A stretch of 64,000 bases of DNA from a virus: positions 5,398 to 69,397 of the IMG/VR virus record IMGVR_UViG_3300028831_000484. One strand, given 5' to 3'. The first letter of the stretch is position 1, and every line of letters starts with the position of its first letter. A program made the translations under genes and the position numbers. This document shows, piece by piece, positions 38,486 to 49,125 of the stretch. Under the pieces are notes generated by a model. It saw nothing but the letters and a program-made list of their open reading frames with translations, was not told where the DNA came from and made no database searches.

Positions 38486-41095
38486 TTATTTTGGTGCGCC
38501 ATTGCGCTTTGTTTCTAAAGCGATTTTTTCTTCAAGGTAGGTTGGTTGCTGCGGAGCAGTGTAACCAGCGCGTGCCTCAAGCTGACGGCGAACTTCTTCG
38601 GGCGCGTCCGTGTAGGGGATGTCGATAGGCTTCGGCTTCTTATCCAGCGCATCAACTCGATTGTGGAGCGAGTTAATATCCATTGCGCTGCGCTGCATCA
38701 CACGGGCCGCATCCATAAGTCCCTTGAGCATGTCCTCCTGCTTTGCGTTGACGGCTTCCTGCTGCTGCAATTCCTGAGCCGATTGTTGAATCTGCCCGGC
38801 CATTTGTTGCATTGCCTGTTGAAGAGCCTGTAGGGTCTGACCCATCTTCTGAATCTCGTCTTCTCCGAATGTCTGTCCATCGCCTTCCTGTAACTCCAAG
38901 TTAAGATCGACACCAGTGCCGGAAAGCCGGAAGATTTCATTGAAAATCTCGTAAATCTTTTCCTTACCAATCGCCTCCAAGACGGGCGGCACTTGCAACA
39001 CAACCTGCATTAGCTGTGTCAGCGTGTTAGCCCCCTGCGTGTTTACCGGACGCTCAGCGCCATCGCGGCTAGAAAAAACAAGATCATGCCGTAGATACTG
39101 TTTGCTTCCTACTAATGTCACGCGCTGCGGCCGATTCGTTTCGTCTTCCCTGGTCTCATCCTGTATGGCAAAGCCTGCGGCTTGAATCGTCTTCCGCGAG
39201 TACCTGGAGACGACCGGAACTTCCACCTTGCCCTCCTTGCAGCAGCACGCGCTTTCATAAATGATTCTCTTTTTTGCTGCCCGATACTCGTCAATAGCAT
39301 CGGAGATGAAATCGTACACGTTTTGGGTCGTTGACGAAATCTGCACCACCTCAGTTGCGCTTATCTCCCTTGGCGCTGGTTGTCCTTGCTCAGCAGGAGA
39401 AAGAGCAGTTAGTCGCTCGAAGATAGCCACCACCTGCGTCATGGCTTTGAAAATAACTTCTACGCTTTGGCCTTGCCTTGTCTCACCGAGCTTAAAGACC
39501 GCGTCCAACTTAATGTCCAGTTCATCCGCCACTTGTTTAACGGAGAACGGAATGACGAGCGGCCCACGCGCAGACCAATCACGACCGCTGAGCCGGTCCA
39601 TGATCTTTTTAATCTCTTCCGGAGGGACAAGGTCTTGGTTAATGCCGAGCACCTTGAACAGCTCACCCTCTACGGCAAGCATGAGCTGGGTAATGAGATT
39701 GGATAACAAATCCTGTATCCATAGAGCGTCATGTGCCATTGATGGATTAATTTGCCGTCCATCTGCTTGATTAATTCCAAGGTAAGCAGCCGGTGCGGAC
39801 GGCAATGGCTCAGCGAAGATGACCGTTGAATCTGATGCAACAACGAACCGGATCCAAATCGGGAACGGATAGCTGCCCATGCGATGATCGGCCGGAATAA
39901 GTTTTCGGAAGTATTCGCATTTGAACATGGCTGCTTGCGGCACGTCGGAACCGTACAAAGCAATGTTGCTTCTCCTATCATTTGCTCCACCGGGATCAGC
40001 CACGCTGGCGGGCGATGCGGAGGTGGGCGCGCAGGAATCGGGAACCGGCGTTGGAGAAAACGCGGATGGCGGAGGCGTGATATTACAAAAGTACTGCGAG
40101 AAGTAAGGCGTATACTGTGTGTACAACTGCCACAGGCCCTGCCCATACGTAATTGCGTTCCTGTTGAAATACATGGGGTTATTGGCCACGTCAGCGTAGC
40201 GAACAACATCCCAATAACCTATCCACTTTGGCCCCACATCATCGTTAATCGCACTGATCGGTTCACTGTTGTCTAAGATGAGCCGTGTGGGGTGCGGATT
40301 GATCCACGACAAGCCTTCCTTCGTAATGTAATCGCGCACCGGCAGGTCCTTCGGATCACCGGATTCGTAATTAACGAAGGCCGGGTCCTTCGGGTCAACC
40401 TCGTATTGCCGATAGCATTCCCAAGCGCAACGAACAAAGTCTATGGAATGACCATACAAGAAAGCATCCCGCATGACCTGACTATCATGGTGCCGATACC
40501 CAAAGCCATCTACCATGACTTCGGCTTCCTGCGACATCACGTCAGCTCGTAGTTTACCAACCTGCCCAGTGCTGCGAGATTCGTACTTGTAGTAAGGGTA
40601 AAGGTTTGAGTATTTAACGCTCTGCGCGGCATGGCGGCGGGTGATGTAGGAACGCACCATGTTGATGGACGTTTCAACGAACTTCGGCATGTCCACGGCG
40701 ATTGGAGAACCAGCCGCATCCTTTCGAACAAATTGATCAGAGCAACCAAGTGCCGACAACTGGTTGGAACAAGCTTGAATGTTAATCTTGCCCTGCGCAA
40801 AAAGGAGTAACGGAATCATTTCCTTCGTCACCGAAGGGGTGTCCCAAGCCACGTCGGCGGCGGCGAAGAATTGATAGTTCTTCAAACCCCAGGCCACGGA
40901 CTCTTGGAAGTTGGCGCTGATTTCAGCCTCCATGGCAATGCGCACCTTCTCATCGGCCAAGTAATCCCGATACTTCTGCTTCTCCTCTTCAGTGGCGTTC
41001 CTACCGGTGGGCATTTCACGCGGAACCTTTTCGAAGATTTCCCGGAGGCGGGAGCGGGTGCACCCAAAGCGTTCTAGTATCTTAGGCGAAATCAT
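38486..41095 (-). CDS. portal protein
   Basis: 869 aa after the terminase; PAEQGQPAPREISATEV resembles podovirus portal motifs; coiled-coil C-terminus. Confidence 0.72.
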   Translation of the reverse strand: MISPKILERFGCTRSRLREIFEKVPREMPTGRNATEEEKQKYRDYLADEKVRIAMEAEISANFQESVAWGLKNYQFFAAADVAWDTPSVTKEMIPLLLFAQGKINIQACSNQLSALGCSDQFVRKDAAGSPIAVDMPKFVETSINMVRSYITRRHAAQSVKYSNLYPYYKYESRSTGQVGKLRADVMSQEAEVMVDGFGYRHHDSQVMRDAFLYGHSIDFVRCAWECYRQYEVDPKDPAFVNYESGDPKDLPVRDYITKEGLSWINPHPTRLILDNSEPISAINDDVGPKWIGYWDVVRYADVANNPMYFNRNAITYGQGLWQLYTQYTPYFSQYFCNITPPPSAFSPTPVPDSCAPTSASPASVADPGGANDRRSNIALYGSDVPQAAMFKCEYFRKLIPADHRMGSYPFPIWIRFVVASDSTVIFAEPLPSAPAAYLGINQADGRQINPSMAHDALWIQDLLSNLITQLMLAVEGELFKVLGINQDLVPPEEIKKIMDRLSGRDWSARGPLVIPFSVKQVADELDIKLDAVFKLGETRQGQSVEVIFKAMTQVVAIFERLTALSPAEQGQPAPREISATEVVQISSTTQNVYDFISDAIDEYRAAKKRIIYESACCCKEGKVEVPVVSRYSRKTIQAAGFAIQDETREDETNRPQRVTLVGSKQYLRHDLVFSSRDGAERPVNTQGANTLTQLMQVVLQVPPVLEAIGKEKIYEIFNEIFRLSGTGVDLNLELQEGDGQTFGEDEIQKMGQTLQALQQAMQQMAGQIQQSAQELQQQEAVNAKQEDMLKGLMDAARVMQRSAMDINSLHNRVDALDKKPKPIDIPYTDAPEEVRRQLEARAGYTAPQQPTYLEEKIALETKRNGAPK

Positions 41096-41945
41096 ATTTG
41101 TCGTGCTTACTTAGGTTTTCAATAGCCCACATCGGTTGAAGGTTGGACAGCGCCCAACAAGACCTGAAACCGGGATCGCTTGCTGACGAGAATTGAAATT
41201 TGCTTTTCGGAATTTTATGATCAATGTGAATCTTACCAGCACGGAACAGTTCCCAGGACATTCCTCCCGTAAACTTTGACTCCAAATGCTTAACCAAATC
41301 ACTAAGCGTATAACCAACCAAAGACTGCCACGAACGCCACCCCTTTGTTCCGGCCAATGCGCTGCGAATTCCAACTGCCATCCTGACATTGACATTGTAA
41401 TTGCTGTTCGTCTTGTACAACCAGTTTTTCTTACGCGCATTCTTGGCGTTTATCTTGGTCCTATTCTTTTCAACCCAAGCTTTTTGCTTTGCGTACGCTT
41501 TATTTCCGCGCTTAGCACTCCAAGCGCGATGCCATGCGTTCACATGGGCGCGATTTTTAAGGCGCCACAGTCGCTTGGATCTGTTAATTTTCTCACGATT
41601 TGCTATCCTGTAAGCCCTGTCGGTGGTAGCTTTCTGCTCTTTGCGCTCAAGTCTATAACGCCTATCTCTGGCTAAAATTCGCACTCGATTGGCGACGTAG
41701 TAGGCGCGATCCTTTGGCTTTCTTCTACTTCGAAGAAGCCTTAGTTTTTTCTTATTTCGTAATCGCCAAAGCCTTCCTTGCGCTGCCACCTGAGCCTTGT
41801 GGGAAGCATTGTATGCACGACACCGAGCCAAAATGTGCTTCCTGTTCGCCCAATAATAAGCTTTCGAAGTTGACGGAAATCGGTTGTCCACGGCGGGGAT
41901 GCCAAAACCATAACCGATTAAGCCAACAAGTTCAATAGAAATCAT
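41082..41945 (-). CDS. HNH-type endonuclease with Arg/Lys-rich repeats
   Basis: HIDHKIPKSKF...CWALSNLQPMWAIENLSK; ATGA overlap at 41945. Confidence 0.78.
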   Translation of the reverse strand: MISIELVGLIGYGFGIPAVDNRFPSTSKAYYWANRKHILARCRAYNASHKAQVAAQGRLWRLRNKKKLRLLRSRRKPKDRAYYVANRVRILARDRRYRLERKEQKATTDRAYRIANREKINRSKRLWRLKNRAHVNAWHRAWSAKRGNKAYAKQKAWVEKNRTKINAKNARKKNWLYKTNSNYNVNVRMAVGIRSALAGTKGWRSWQSLVGYTLSDLVKHLESKFTGGMSWELFRAGKIHIDHKIPKSKFQFSSASDPGFRSCWALSNLQPMWAIENLSKHDKYDFA

Positions 41946-42370
41946 TTTGTTCCTTCGATAGCTTTCAACTCGGCTTCCCGTTTTTGTTTCGTGGCGGCAA
42001 ATGCCCACACCGGTATTAACGGCTTTGGCGGGTTACCCAACAACGATTGCTCCAGCGGATAGAAGTGCAGCACGTCCGATTGATGCACCTGTTGCTCTTG
42101 AAGCATCTGCCACCTGGTTGCATTGCCCATAAGGTACATCTGACAAAGTTCCTTCAACGTGCAACCAAGCATCTGGCACAGGTTATGAGCGCGACTCAGC
42201 GGCCACGGCTTAATCAAGCCAAGGTCCGAGTAGTGCCCTTCGATCAAGAGTTCGAAAGTATTCGGGACGAGAGTTTCGTTTAGATTGAAATACTCATCAT
42301 CGTGCCTGCCAAAGGGACCAACCGTCCGCTGCAATGGCACGAACGTTGGCGTTGGATCACGGTGCTTCAA
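41942..42370 (-). CDS. hypothetical protein
   Basis: Chained ORF. Confidence 0.6.
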   Translation of the reverse strand: MKHRDPTPTFVPLQRTVGPFGRHDDEYFNLNETLVPNTFELLIEGHYSDLGLIKPWPLSRAHNLCQMLGCTLKELCQMYLMGNATRWQMLQEQQVHQSDVLHFYPLEQSLLGNPPKPLIPVWAFAATKQKREAELKAIEGTK

Positions 42371-42647
42371 CGGGTGTTTTCTTTTTGGCTGGTCCTGTTA
42401 TCTCCATCGAAACTCCTTCGTCAGGAGCAGGCACAAGTTCGCCAGGTTCGCCCTCTTCCTCCGGTGGTTCGTAGCCGTCAAGGCCAATGGAGGTTATCGA
42501 ACACTCCACGAACTCATCGGTCATTACGACCTTGTCTCCGTCCACTTCAATGTGAAAACTTTCCCCGTCCGGTATCTTGGAGAAGTACTCTTTTAAACGA
42601 GGGTTTTGTTTTACATCGATCCTTAATTTGTTTTGCGGCGCATCCAT
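42357..42647 (-). CDS. small acidic hypothetical protein
   Basis: Start MDAPQNK directly follows the palindrome. Confidence 0.6.
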   Translation of the reverse strand: MDAPQNKLRIDVKQNPRLKEYFSKIPDGESFHIEVDGDKVVMTDEFVECSITSIGLDGYEPPEEEGEPGELVPAPDEGVSMEITGPAKKKTPVEAP

Positions 42648-42651
42648 GTCT

Positions 42652-42673
42652 GTCACCCTTATATTAGGGTGAC
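42652..42673. promoter_or_regulatory. 22-bp palindrome copy
   Basis: gtcaccct-tatatt-agggtgac, perfect arms, 4 nt before the ATG. Confidence 0.65.
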
Positions 42674-44370
42674 CCGGATGGCAAGGATGAAACGCCAGCA
42701 CCTGGAAGTTGCAAACCGGGGATGTTTGCCCGGACCCCCTGGCCCGCCCAAAAAACCCTTGGTCGTTCAACCTTCCCAACCTGCGCCCGGCCCGGCAAAA
42801 CGTGGTAACGCCATGGGGGGTACGTTAACGAATCCAAGGAGTGCAGGTGCGGAGACTTCTGGGGGCGAAGCCCAACAAAGGCGTCGTACTCATCGTCCTT
42901 CGGTTTTTTGGAAGGGAGACCCTGCAACATGTCGATGGTTTTTGACAAGCCTGCCGATACAAAAATCGTTTCGTACAACAACATATCAATCAACATTTGA
43001 ACGCGCTGCGGCTGGCTGTCGGCGCCTTTGGGGGCGGGCAACATTTTGAACGGGAAACCCTGTTCACGGCCGTAGTTTTGGATGTCCCGCGCATCAAAAG
43101 AACCGTTTGAATTCTTCGTCGTAAAGGCGGCTTCGTCGCAAACATGACGGAACACGTAGTTAAAACCTGCCGTTGGGTGATCCATCCAAAATCGCATCCG
43201 CTCAATCATTTCCTTAACGACGACGGGGTACGGTTTGTACAAGCCGACGAAATTCAGTTCGTCAAAGATTATCCAAATGATGGGTCTGTCCGGATCCTTC
43301 GTAGGGATGCGCTGCTCAAAATGAATCGAATAATTCTTCGGCCCAGGGTCGTGGCCAACAATGATTGGAAATCCACGGATCGGCACCAACCCGGTTTCCG
43401 CGATGGCATCACCCCGAACGTGAATTTCGGGAATGAAATACTCCTTGAACATCGCGTCCCCGGCCGGACGGTCAATCCATTCACCATCAATGAGTTGCCT
43501 GCGCTCGTAGGGGTCCCGCAACGTCATGTCCAGACGGCGAGTGTAATCAGGGGAGATGCGATGAAGATTCTCCGACAACGGGACGTGGTGAACGGAGATG
43601 TCCTTGTTGCCATCAATGGAGGGTTGAATGAGCGTTTGATACACCCAATGGCGCTGCCCCTTGGGGTTGCAGGAAGCCGTGAACTGCATCGGCGTATAAG
43701 TCCTCCTTCGACGGGACAACTGCAACGCCGGGTAAGTGTAGTATTCCGGCCCGCCGCAGTTCGTTAACTCATCCACGTAGACCAAGGACGGCGCCGGTCC
43801 TTTGATACGGTCCTCAACCTGGCCGGGGTGCGGGATGGATTTCAAAAGGACCTTGCTCCATCCGCCGTGCATGTTGGCAATCCACAGGTGACGGTCCTTC
43901 GAATTGGGATCCAACTTGGAATTCGTGTACTGCAACCCGATGCCGGAGTCCATGAGCTGCCCGGCCTTCGGGTGCTGCTTTCCGTCCAGCCAATCCGGGT
44001 ATCTGTTCCCGTCTCTCCACGAAGGAAGGACCAGGTCAACGAGGTCGTGCCACACGCCTTCGGCGCCAGCGGAAATGTAAACGGAAACGATAAGCCACAG
44101 CGCATTCCAGTTCTCGTAACAATGCCGAACCCCCTTCGTTAACATCCCGATAGACTTGCCAGAAGCCTTCTCCCCATAGGCCAGAACGACCATGTTCTGG
44201 TCTTCAAAAATCTTGCGCTGTGTCGGATTTAACGCCGGATACCAAGCTTGGTCATGCTTGATGGGCGGGACTTCCTGTTCGGGTGGTAACCACAGATTGG
44301 CGTCCTGGCCCGCGCCGTCCGCTTCATCCGCCAAGTGCTTCCAGTAATCAATGTCCTTGTCAACCCCCAT
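42664..44370 (-). CDS. terL: terminase large subunit
   Basis: Walker A AYGEKASGKS, Walker B LVYVDE, ASCNP motif, nuclease GHDPG...DEL...LDSLTY. Confidence 0.88.
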   Translation of the reverse strand: MGVDKDIDYWKHLADEADGAGQDANLWLPPEQEVPPIKHDQAWYPALNPTQRKIFEDQNMVVLAYGEKASGKSIGMLTKGVRHCYENWNALWLIVSVYISAGAEGVWHDLVDLVLPSWRDGNRYPDWLDGKQHPKAGQLMDSGIGLQYTNSKLDPNSKDRHLWIANMHGGWSKVLLKSIPHPGQVEDRIKGPAPSLVYVDELTNCGGPEYYTYPALQLSRRRRTYTPMQFTASCNPKGQRHWVYQTLIQPSIDGNKDISVHHVPLSENLHRISPDYTRRLDMTLRDPYERRQLIDGEWIDRPAGDAMFKEYFIPEIHVRGDAIAETGLVPIRGFPIIVGHDPGPKNYSIHFEQRIPTKDPDRPIIWIIFDELNFVGLYKPYPVVVKEMIERMRFWMDHPTAGFNYVFRHVCDEAAFTTKNSNGSFDARDIQNYGREQGFPFKMLPAPKGADSQPQRVQMLIDMLLYETIFVSAGLSKTIDMLQGLPSKKPKDDEYDAFVGLRPQKSPHLHSLDSLTYPPWRYHVLPGRAQVGKVERPRVFWAGQGVRANIPGLQLPGAGVSSLPSGSP

Positions 44371-44593
44371 GCGGTTTTTGTTCTTCGCCACTTCCGCCCA
44401 TGCACACATCGGCTAACATGGCGCGCAGGGCCAGTCGGGTTTTGGGAGTCCCGAAGTTGGTGATGATGATAGGCAGCTCGTCTCCGCCCGCGACGGCTGG
44501 CGTCAATGCAACCAGCACGTACCCGTCGTACAGTTCACTCAGGCGGCTTGAGGTCGCCTGCACCACCCGTTTCACCGTTTGTTCCGGATTCAT
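44360..44593 (-). CDS. small hypothetical protein
   Basis: ORF between putative TerS and TerL. Confidence 0.5.
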   Translation of the reverse strand: MNPEQTVKRVVQATSSRLSELYDGYVLVALTPAVAGGDELPIIITNFGTPKTRLALRAMLADVCMGGSGEEQKPHGG

Positions 44594-45314
44594 CCGTGAT
44601 CTCCTTGTGTTCTCCGTTGCCGTTGCCGTTCGTTATGGCCTTTTCCGCATTGTTACTATTAAACACGGCCGTTGCCCCCGTCTGCACGAGCACCTGCTGG
44701 CGCGCAGGCGGCGAAAAGCCTGGCTTGCCGTGCGACACCCCACCGTTCTGGTTCATCGAATCAAGTATCTGTTGAGACCGGGCACGCACGAGCATCATGG
44801 AGGCATACTCCGTGGAGCGGCGTCCGTATTCGCACTGCGCCCGCAGGACCATCTCATCGGCCAACCGCTTCCCGGAGCGCGCCAGCGTACCGTCAGGTCC
44901 AAATTCATCGGGATACGGTTCATTTTGCAACCGCTCCATCATGCTCAGCAACATCATCGACGCTTTAACCTGCCCGCCCGCCAACTGCGACAATGCTTGG
45001 ATGGAGTTTTTTAATTGGAACTGGTACAGCCGTGCGCCCAGCTCAGCTTCAGCGATGGAAACCTGCATGGATTGCAGGGCGGCTTTGTACTTCTCCCGGT
45101 CAACGGCGTCTTTAACCGTTGAAAGCGCGGCCTTATTCTTCAGCGCTGCCAAGTGCTTTTTGAGCTGGGGGACCTTTTTGCAGCGCAACTCCACGGTTTG
45201 TTTGGAGATCGCCAGGGATTCAGCGGCCACGCTGATGTTCCCGCCGCTGGCCGTTAACGCGAGCTGAATTGCGTAGTTTAACTCGTTGGCTTCCGGCTGT
45301 GTCATCTTTGACAT
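44535..45314 (-). CDS. putative terminase small subunit / HTH protein (start uncertain)
   Basis: ALTASGGNISVAAESLAISKQTV Fis-like HTH; first gene of the late module. Confidence 0.55.
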   Translation of the reverse strand: MSKMTQPEANELNYAIQLALTASGGNISVAAESLAISKQTVELRCKKVPQLKKHLAALKNKAALSTVKDAVDREKYKAALQSMQVSIAEAELGARLYQFQLKNSIQALSQLAGGQVKASMMLLSMMERLQNEPYPDEFGPDGTLARSGKRLADEMVLRAQCEYGRRSTEYASMMLVRARSQQILDSMNQNGGVSHGKPGFSPPARQQVLVQTGATAVFNSNNAEKAITNGNGNGEHKEITDESGTNGETGGAGDLKPPE

Positions 45315-45478
45315 TTCGTGCACTCCTATCATGTTGCCGTGTTGAAGGCTACCGAAAAAATAAGGCCGAAACGGATTTTCATTGACGAGTCCAAGCGGCT
45401 GGTAGTAAAAAAACCAGCACACCAGCGAGTCGGAAAAGCGTAGTCGCCTCCCGCCCCGCAGAAAAAAAGTGAACACCA

Positions 45479-46672
45479 ATGAACACCAGCACCACGCCAA
45501 GCAATAAGCCCGCACTCCTCAAAAAGGAGGCCCCAACACTGCCGGACCTGATTAAACAACCGCAGTACTCAGATCGTTTCAAAGAAGTCCTGCGCGAACG
45601 CGCTCCGCAATTCATGAGTTCAGTGATGCAGGCCGGGAATGCACTCGGGAAAGATTGCGATCCGAAATCAATCATCGCCTCCGCGATGACTGCCGCCATC
45701 CTTGACCTGCCAATTGATCGTAACTTGGGTTTCGCTTGGTTGGTTCCCTACAAGGCGGGAGGCACGAAATTTGCACAGTTTCAAATGGGCTACAAAGGAT
45801 ACATTCAACTGTCCCTTCGGACGGGTTCCTATCAACGCATGAACGCGCTGGCAGTGAACAAGGAAGTTATGACCGGCTACGATGAGGTAGGGGAACCCGT
45901 CCTTAACTGGAACGCATTCGATCCATCAAAGCCGGTCGTTGGTTACGCCTTCGCATGGAAGACGATTAACGGATTTCAAAAGATTTGTTTCTGGTCAAAG
46001 GCGAGGGTTGAAGAACACGCCAAGCGTTACTCGCAGTCGTATCGTTCCGGTGGAGAGTCGCCATGGAAAACGCACTTCGATGAGATGGGATTAAAAACTG
46101 TGATTGCCAACGAACTGCGACGTTGGGGCATGATGAGCGTGCAGATTCAACGCGCCATCGTAATGGATCAAGCCGTCCTGCGTGACTTGGACGCTGCTCC
46201 GGAATACATCGACGGGAGCGGAACCACCGTTGACATTGAACCTCCATCTAAGCCTGCCTTTGCTGAACCCGCGACGGATGTTGGTGCTCCATCCACGCAT
46301 GTAGAGGGCGCGAAGGCAGGCCCTCCCCCTACGAAGGCGCCAGAACAAGCCCCGGTGCAAGCCCAAGCACAACCACAACCGCAACCCGAAACAGCTCCCG
46401 CTGCGAAGGGACCGGATTCTACGACCGCGACACCTGCATCAACATCAACCCCCCAACAACCATCCGTCCAGGAGCAGGTGCGCGTGCGCATGGAAGCTGG
46501 CGGGGTAGCATACGAAGCCGCCGCCAAGTGGTTGAAAACGTCCGGACGCTGCGAGAACGCTTTAACGTTCAAGGGCTATGGCGAATGGCCGGATGAAGTT
46601 TGTAAGAAGCTGTTAACCGATAAGCGCGGCATAAATAGTGCCATTGTATTGCACGGAACAAAAGCACCGTGA
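45479..46672 (+). CDS. recT: RecT-family single-strand annealing protein
   Basis: CDPKSIIASAMTAAILDLP...LGFAWLVPY...QFQMGYKGYIQL. Confidence 0.9.
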   Translation: MNTSTTPSNKPALLKKEAPTLPDLIKQPQYSDRFKEVLRERAPQFMSSVMQAGNALGKDCDPKSIIASAMTAAILDLPIDRNLGFAWLVPYKAGGTKFAQFQMGYKGYIQLSLRTGSYQRMNALAVNKEVMTGYDEVGEPVLNWNAFDPSKPVVGYAFAWKTINGFQKICFWSKARVEEHAKRYSQSYRSGGESPWKTHFDEMGLKTVIANELRRWGMMSVQIQRAIVMDQAVLRDLDAAPEYIDGSGTTVDIEPPSKPAFAEPATDVGAPSTHVEGAKAGPPPTKAPEQAPVQAQAQPQPQPETAPAAKGPDSTTATPASTSTPQQPSVQEQVRVRMEAGGVAYEAAAKWLKTSGRCENALTFKGYGEWPDEVCKKLLTDKRGINSAIVLHGTKAP

Positions 46673-47153
46673 TTTTGTGGCAAGCGGCGAGGCACACCAT
46701 CAATATCGACATGGCCACAAACTTGGCGGTAAACCATCACCGACTTACAACTGCTGGAGCAACATGTTGAAACGGTGCGAGAATTCGAAGAACGACATGT
46801 TCCACAGGTACGGTGCTCGCGGAATTAAGGTCTGTAAACGCTGGCATGTTTTCAAAAACTTTCTCGATGACATGGGGCCAAAACCCAAAGGCAGAATGCT
46901 TGAACGCAAGGATAACAATGGCAACTACAACAAATCGAATTGCACTTGGGCAACCCCATTTGCTCAAGCCAATAACACCTCCAAGAACGTCCGAGTTGCG
47001 TACCTCGGCTATAATCTGACAATCAGCGAATGGGCCAGGGTTCTAGGTTTTAAGGTGGAAACACTTTGGGTTCGATTGTTCCAGTATAACTGGCCATTGA
47101 TTAGAGCGTTTGGCGAACCGATAAATTACGGAAGATGGCACAAGAAACCATGA
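46638..47153 (+). CDS. HNH homing endonuclease (YGGRG family)
   Basis: WSNMLKRC...YGARGIKVCKRW...LERKDNNGNY..SNCTWAT. Confidence 0.87.
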   Translation: MPLYCTEQKHRDFVASGEAHHQYRHGHKLGGKPSPTYNCWSNMLKRCENSKNDMFHRYGARGIKVCKRWHVFKNFLDDMGPKPKGRMLERKDNNGNYNKSNCTWATPFAQANNTSKNVRVAYLGYNLTISEWARVLGFKVETLWVRLFQYNWPLIRAFGEPINYGRWHKKP

Positions 47154-48289
47154 AGATCATAATTGATAAGGAACAATTCTCCGACGAACTCAGCGAACTT
47201 TCTTCAGTAGTGAAGGCTCGCACAACCCTCCCCGTTCTACGGTTCGCGCACTTGGAAGTTCAGGAAGGGCATTTGTTCATTACAGCCGATGATCTGGAGT
47301 GCCGGTTAACAAGATACGTAAAGGCTGTGGAGGGCACGGAATCAGTGGAAGGTGCATGCCTCCTGCCGTTCAAGCTGATTGGAGAATGGTTAAAGCAAGC
47401 CCAGGAAGGACCGCTTGTAATTGAAGGAACGGACAGCTCAGTTGCATTGAGGGCATCCGGGAACTTCAAGATACGTCTTCAGACTTGGGCACCAAAAGAT
47501 TTCCCGCCCGAACCGGAGGCCGGTACAACCAGCGTTCTACAAGCTGATTTGGCACCGTTGAAAACTGTTCGCTTGGCCGTTCATTCAAACGCTCAGGTTT
47601 CAAGACTCGAACTGCAAAGCGTCATCATTGAACGTGAAAAAGATCAGCTCATCGCCGTAGGCATGGACGGGAAGCGTCTATGCAGCCGAGTGTTCAATGG
47701 CGAATTAAAAACTGGATTTAATCGCTTGGAAATCCGACCGGAAGTTGTCGATATTGTTGCTGGCCTTGGCGAGGTTGCGGTGCAAGAAGGCGACAGAAAC
47801 TTCATCTTTACCGGCATCAAGAAACCCTTCCGACTGCTGGCACGCAAAACGGAAACCAAGGCGCCGGACTGGAGAAGAGTCGTGGACGGATGGAAGTATA
47901 TTGCCTATGCCAGCATGATGCGAGAGGACCTACTGGCGGCGATTACGAGCTGTCACTGCCTGCGCGGCTACGACGATGACCACGTTCGGTTCAACATTCA
48001 ATACAACGAGCCGGACGGAGGAGCAATCGTTATCAACGCAACGACGATGATGGGAGAAAGCGAAACAACCGTACCGGCCAAGGTTACCGATAAATTCCCG
48101 TCCGTGCTCCTGCCAACCGACCAAGTGCTGGAATTTTTGGAGCAGGAAAAAGACGAGGAACTTATTAAGCTAGCCTTCGTTGAGGACGGACGCATTGTGT
48201 CCTTCTTCGCGGGGAAGGATAAAAGCTATCACGTTTGCGGTTTCTTAACAACTCAACACCCGGATACGCATGCAGGAAAAAAACATTGA
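47135..48289 (+). CDS. dnaN: DNA polymerase III beta-clamp-like protein
   Basis: VVKARTTLPVLRFAHLEVQEGHLFITADDLE; VAGMDGKRL-like motif (AVGMDGKRL); PDWRRVV; ~380 aa. Confidence 0.78.
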   Translation: MAQETMKIIIDKEQFSDELSELSSVVKARTTLPVLRFAHLEVQEGHLFITADDLECRLTRYVKAVEGTESVEGACLLPFKLIGEWLKQAQEGPLVIEGTDSSVALRASGNFKIRLQTWAPKDFPPEPEAGTTSVLQADLAPLKTVRLAVHSNAQVSRLELQSVIIEREKDQLIAVGMDGKRLCSRVFNGELKTGFNRLEIRPEVVDIVAGLGEVAVQEGDRNFIFTGIKKPFRLLARKTETKAPDWRRVVDGWKYIAYASMMREDLLAAITSCHCLRGYDDDHVRFNIQYNEPDGGAIVINATTMMGESETTVPAKVTDKFPSVLLPTDQVLEFLEQEKDEELIKLAFVEDGRIVSFFAGKDKSYHVCGFLTTQHPDTHAGKKH

Positions 48290-49124
48290 ACTACTGCCGG
48301 TTGGAATTCATTACGACGTTCCGGAAACAGTGTACAGAGCGGATCCTGGACTCAACCAGTCATTGTTGAAGAAGTTCATGCAGGCTAATTCCCCTGCCCA
48401 CTTCCTTTGGGAGTCAACGCAACCCGATGAGCTGAAGGAAAAGGACTTCATTAAAATCGGGAATTTCGTGGATAACGAAGTGTTCCGGCCGGGAACCTCA
48501 AAGAATCGTTTCGTAGTATGGCCGGGCGAACGCAGGGGCAACGAATGGAAAGCATTCAAGGAAGCCAACAAGGACAAAGAAATCCTTAACGAAGACGAAA
48601 TGAATCGCGCCATTGGGGCCTACAACGCGTTGATGGCGCACACGGACGCCAAGCGATGGATTACGTCCTCCAAGCATCAAGTTGTCGTTATCGCCGTGCA
48701 CCCGGAGACCGGGATAAGGATGAAGGGACTGGTGGACCTGTTCCCGGATATTACGTATGGATGGATCGCGGATTTGAAAACCGCCGCCGATGCGAGCCTG
48801 CAATTCCATATTCAAGCGTTTAAAATGGGATATGCCATCCAAGCACGCTATTACATGGACCTGCTTCGGTTCAACGACGTGTTCATGAATAACTTCGCGT
48901 TTGTGGTTGTTGAGAATTCCCCATATCACGGCGTTCAGGTGCACCACTTCTCCTATGACCAGGAAGAAATTATTCGGGCCGGGAAGGACTACACAGCGGC
49001 CATGATTGCCTACGATGAGTGCCGTTCCACGAATACATGGCCGGGGTACAGCACGGCCTGGCAACGTATTACTTTTCCGCGATGGGCCTTGGCTGATCCT
49101 AAGCCGGTTGACGTGATCGAATAA
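48270..49124 (+). CDS. RecE/Exo VIII-like PD-(D/E)XK nuclease (DUF3799-like)
   Basis: YRADPGLNQSLLK, KGLVDL, IADLKT, GYAIQARYY; same operon as recT. Confidence 0.85.
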   Translation: MQEKNIELLPVGIHYDVPETVYRADPGLNQSLLKKFMQANSPAHFLWESTQPDELKEKDFIKIGNFVDNEVFRPGTSKNRFVVWPGERRGNEWKAFKEANKDKEILNEDEMNRAIGAYNALMAHTDAKRWITSSKHQVVVIAVHPETGIRMKGLVDLFPDITYGWIADLKTAADASLQFHIQAFKMGYAIQARYYMDLLRFNDVFMNNFAFVVVENSPYHGVQVHHFSYDQEEIIRAGKDYTAAMIAYDECRSTNTWPGYSTAWQRITFPRWALADPKPVDVIE

Positions 49125-49125
49125 C

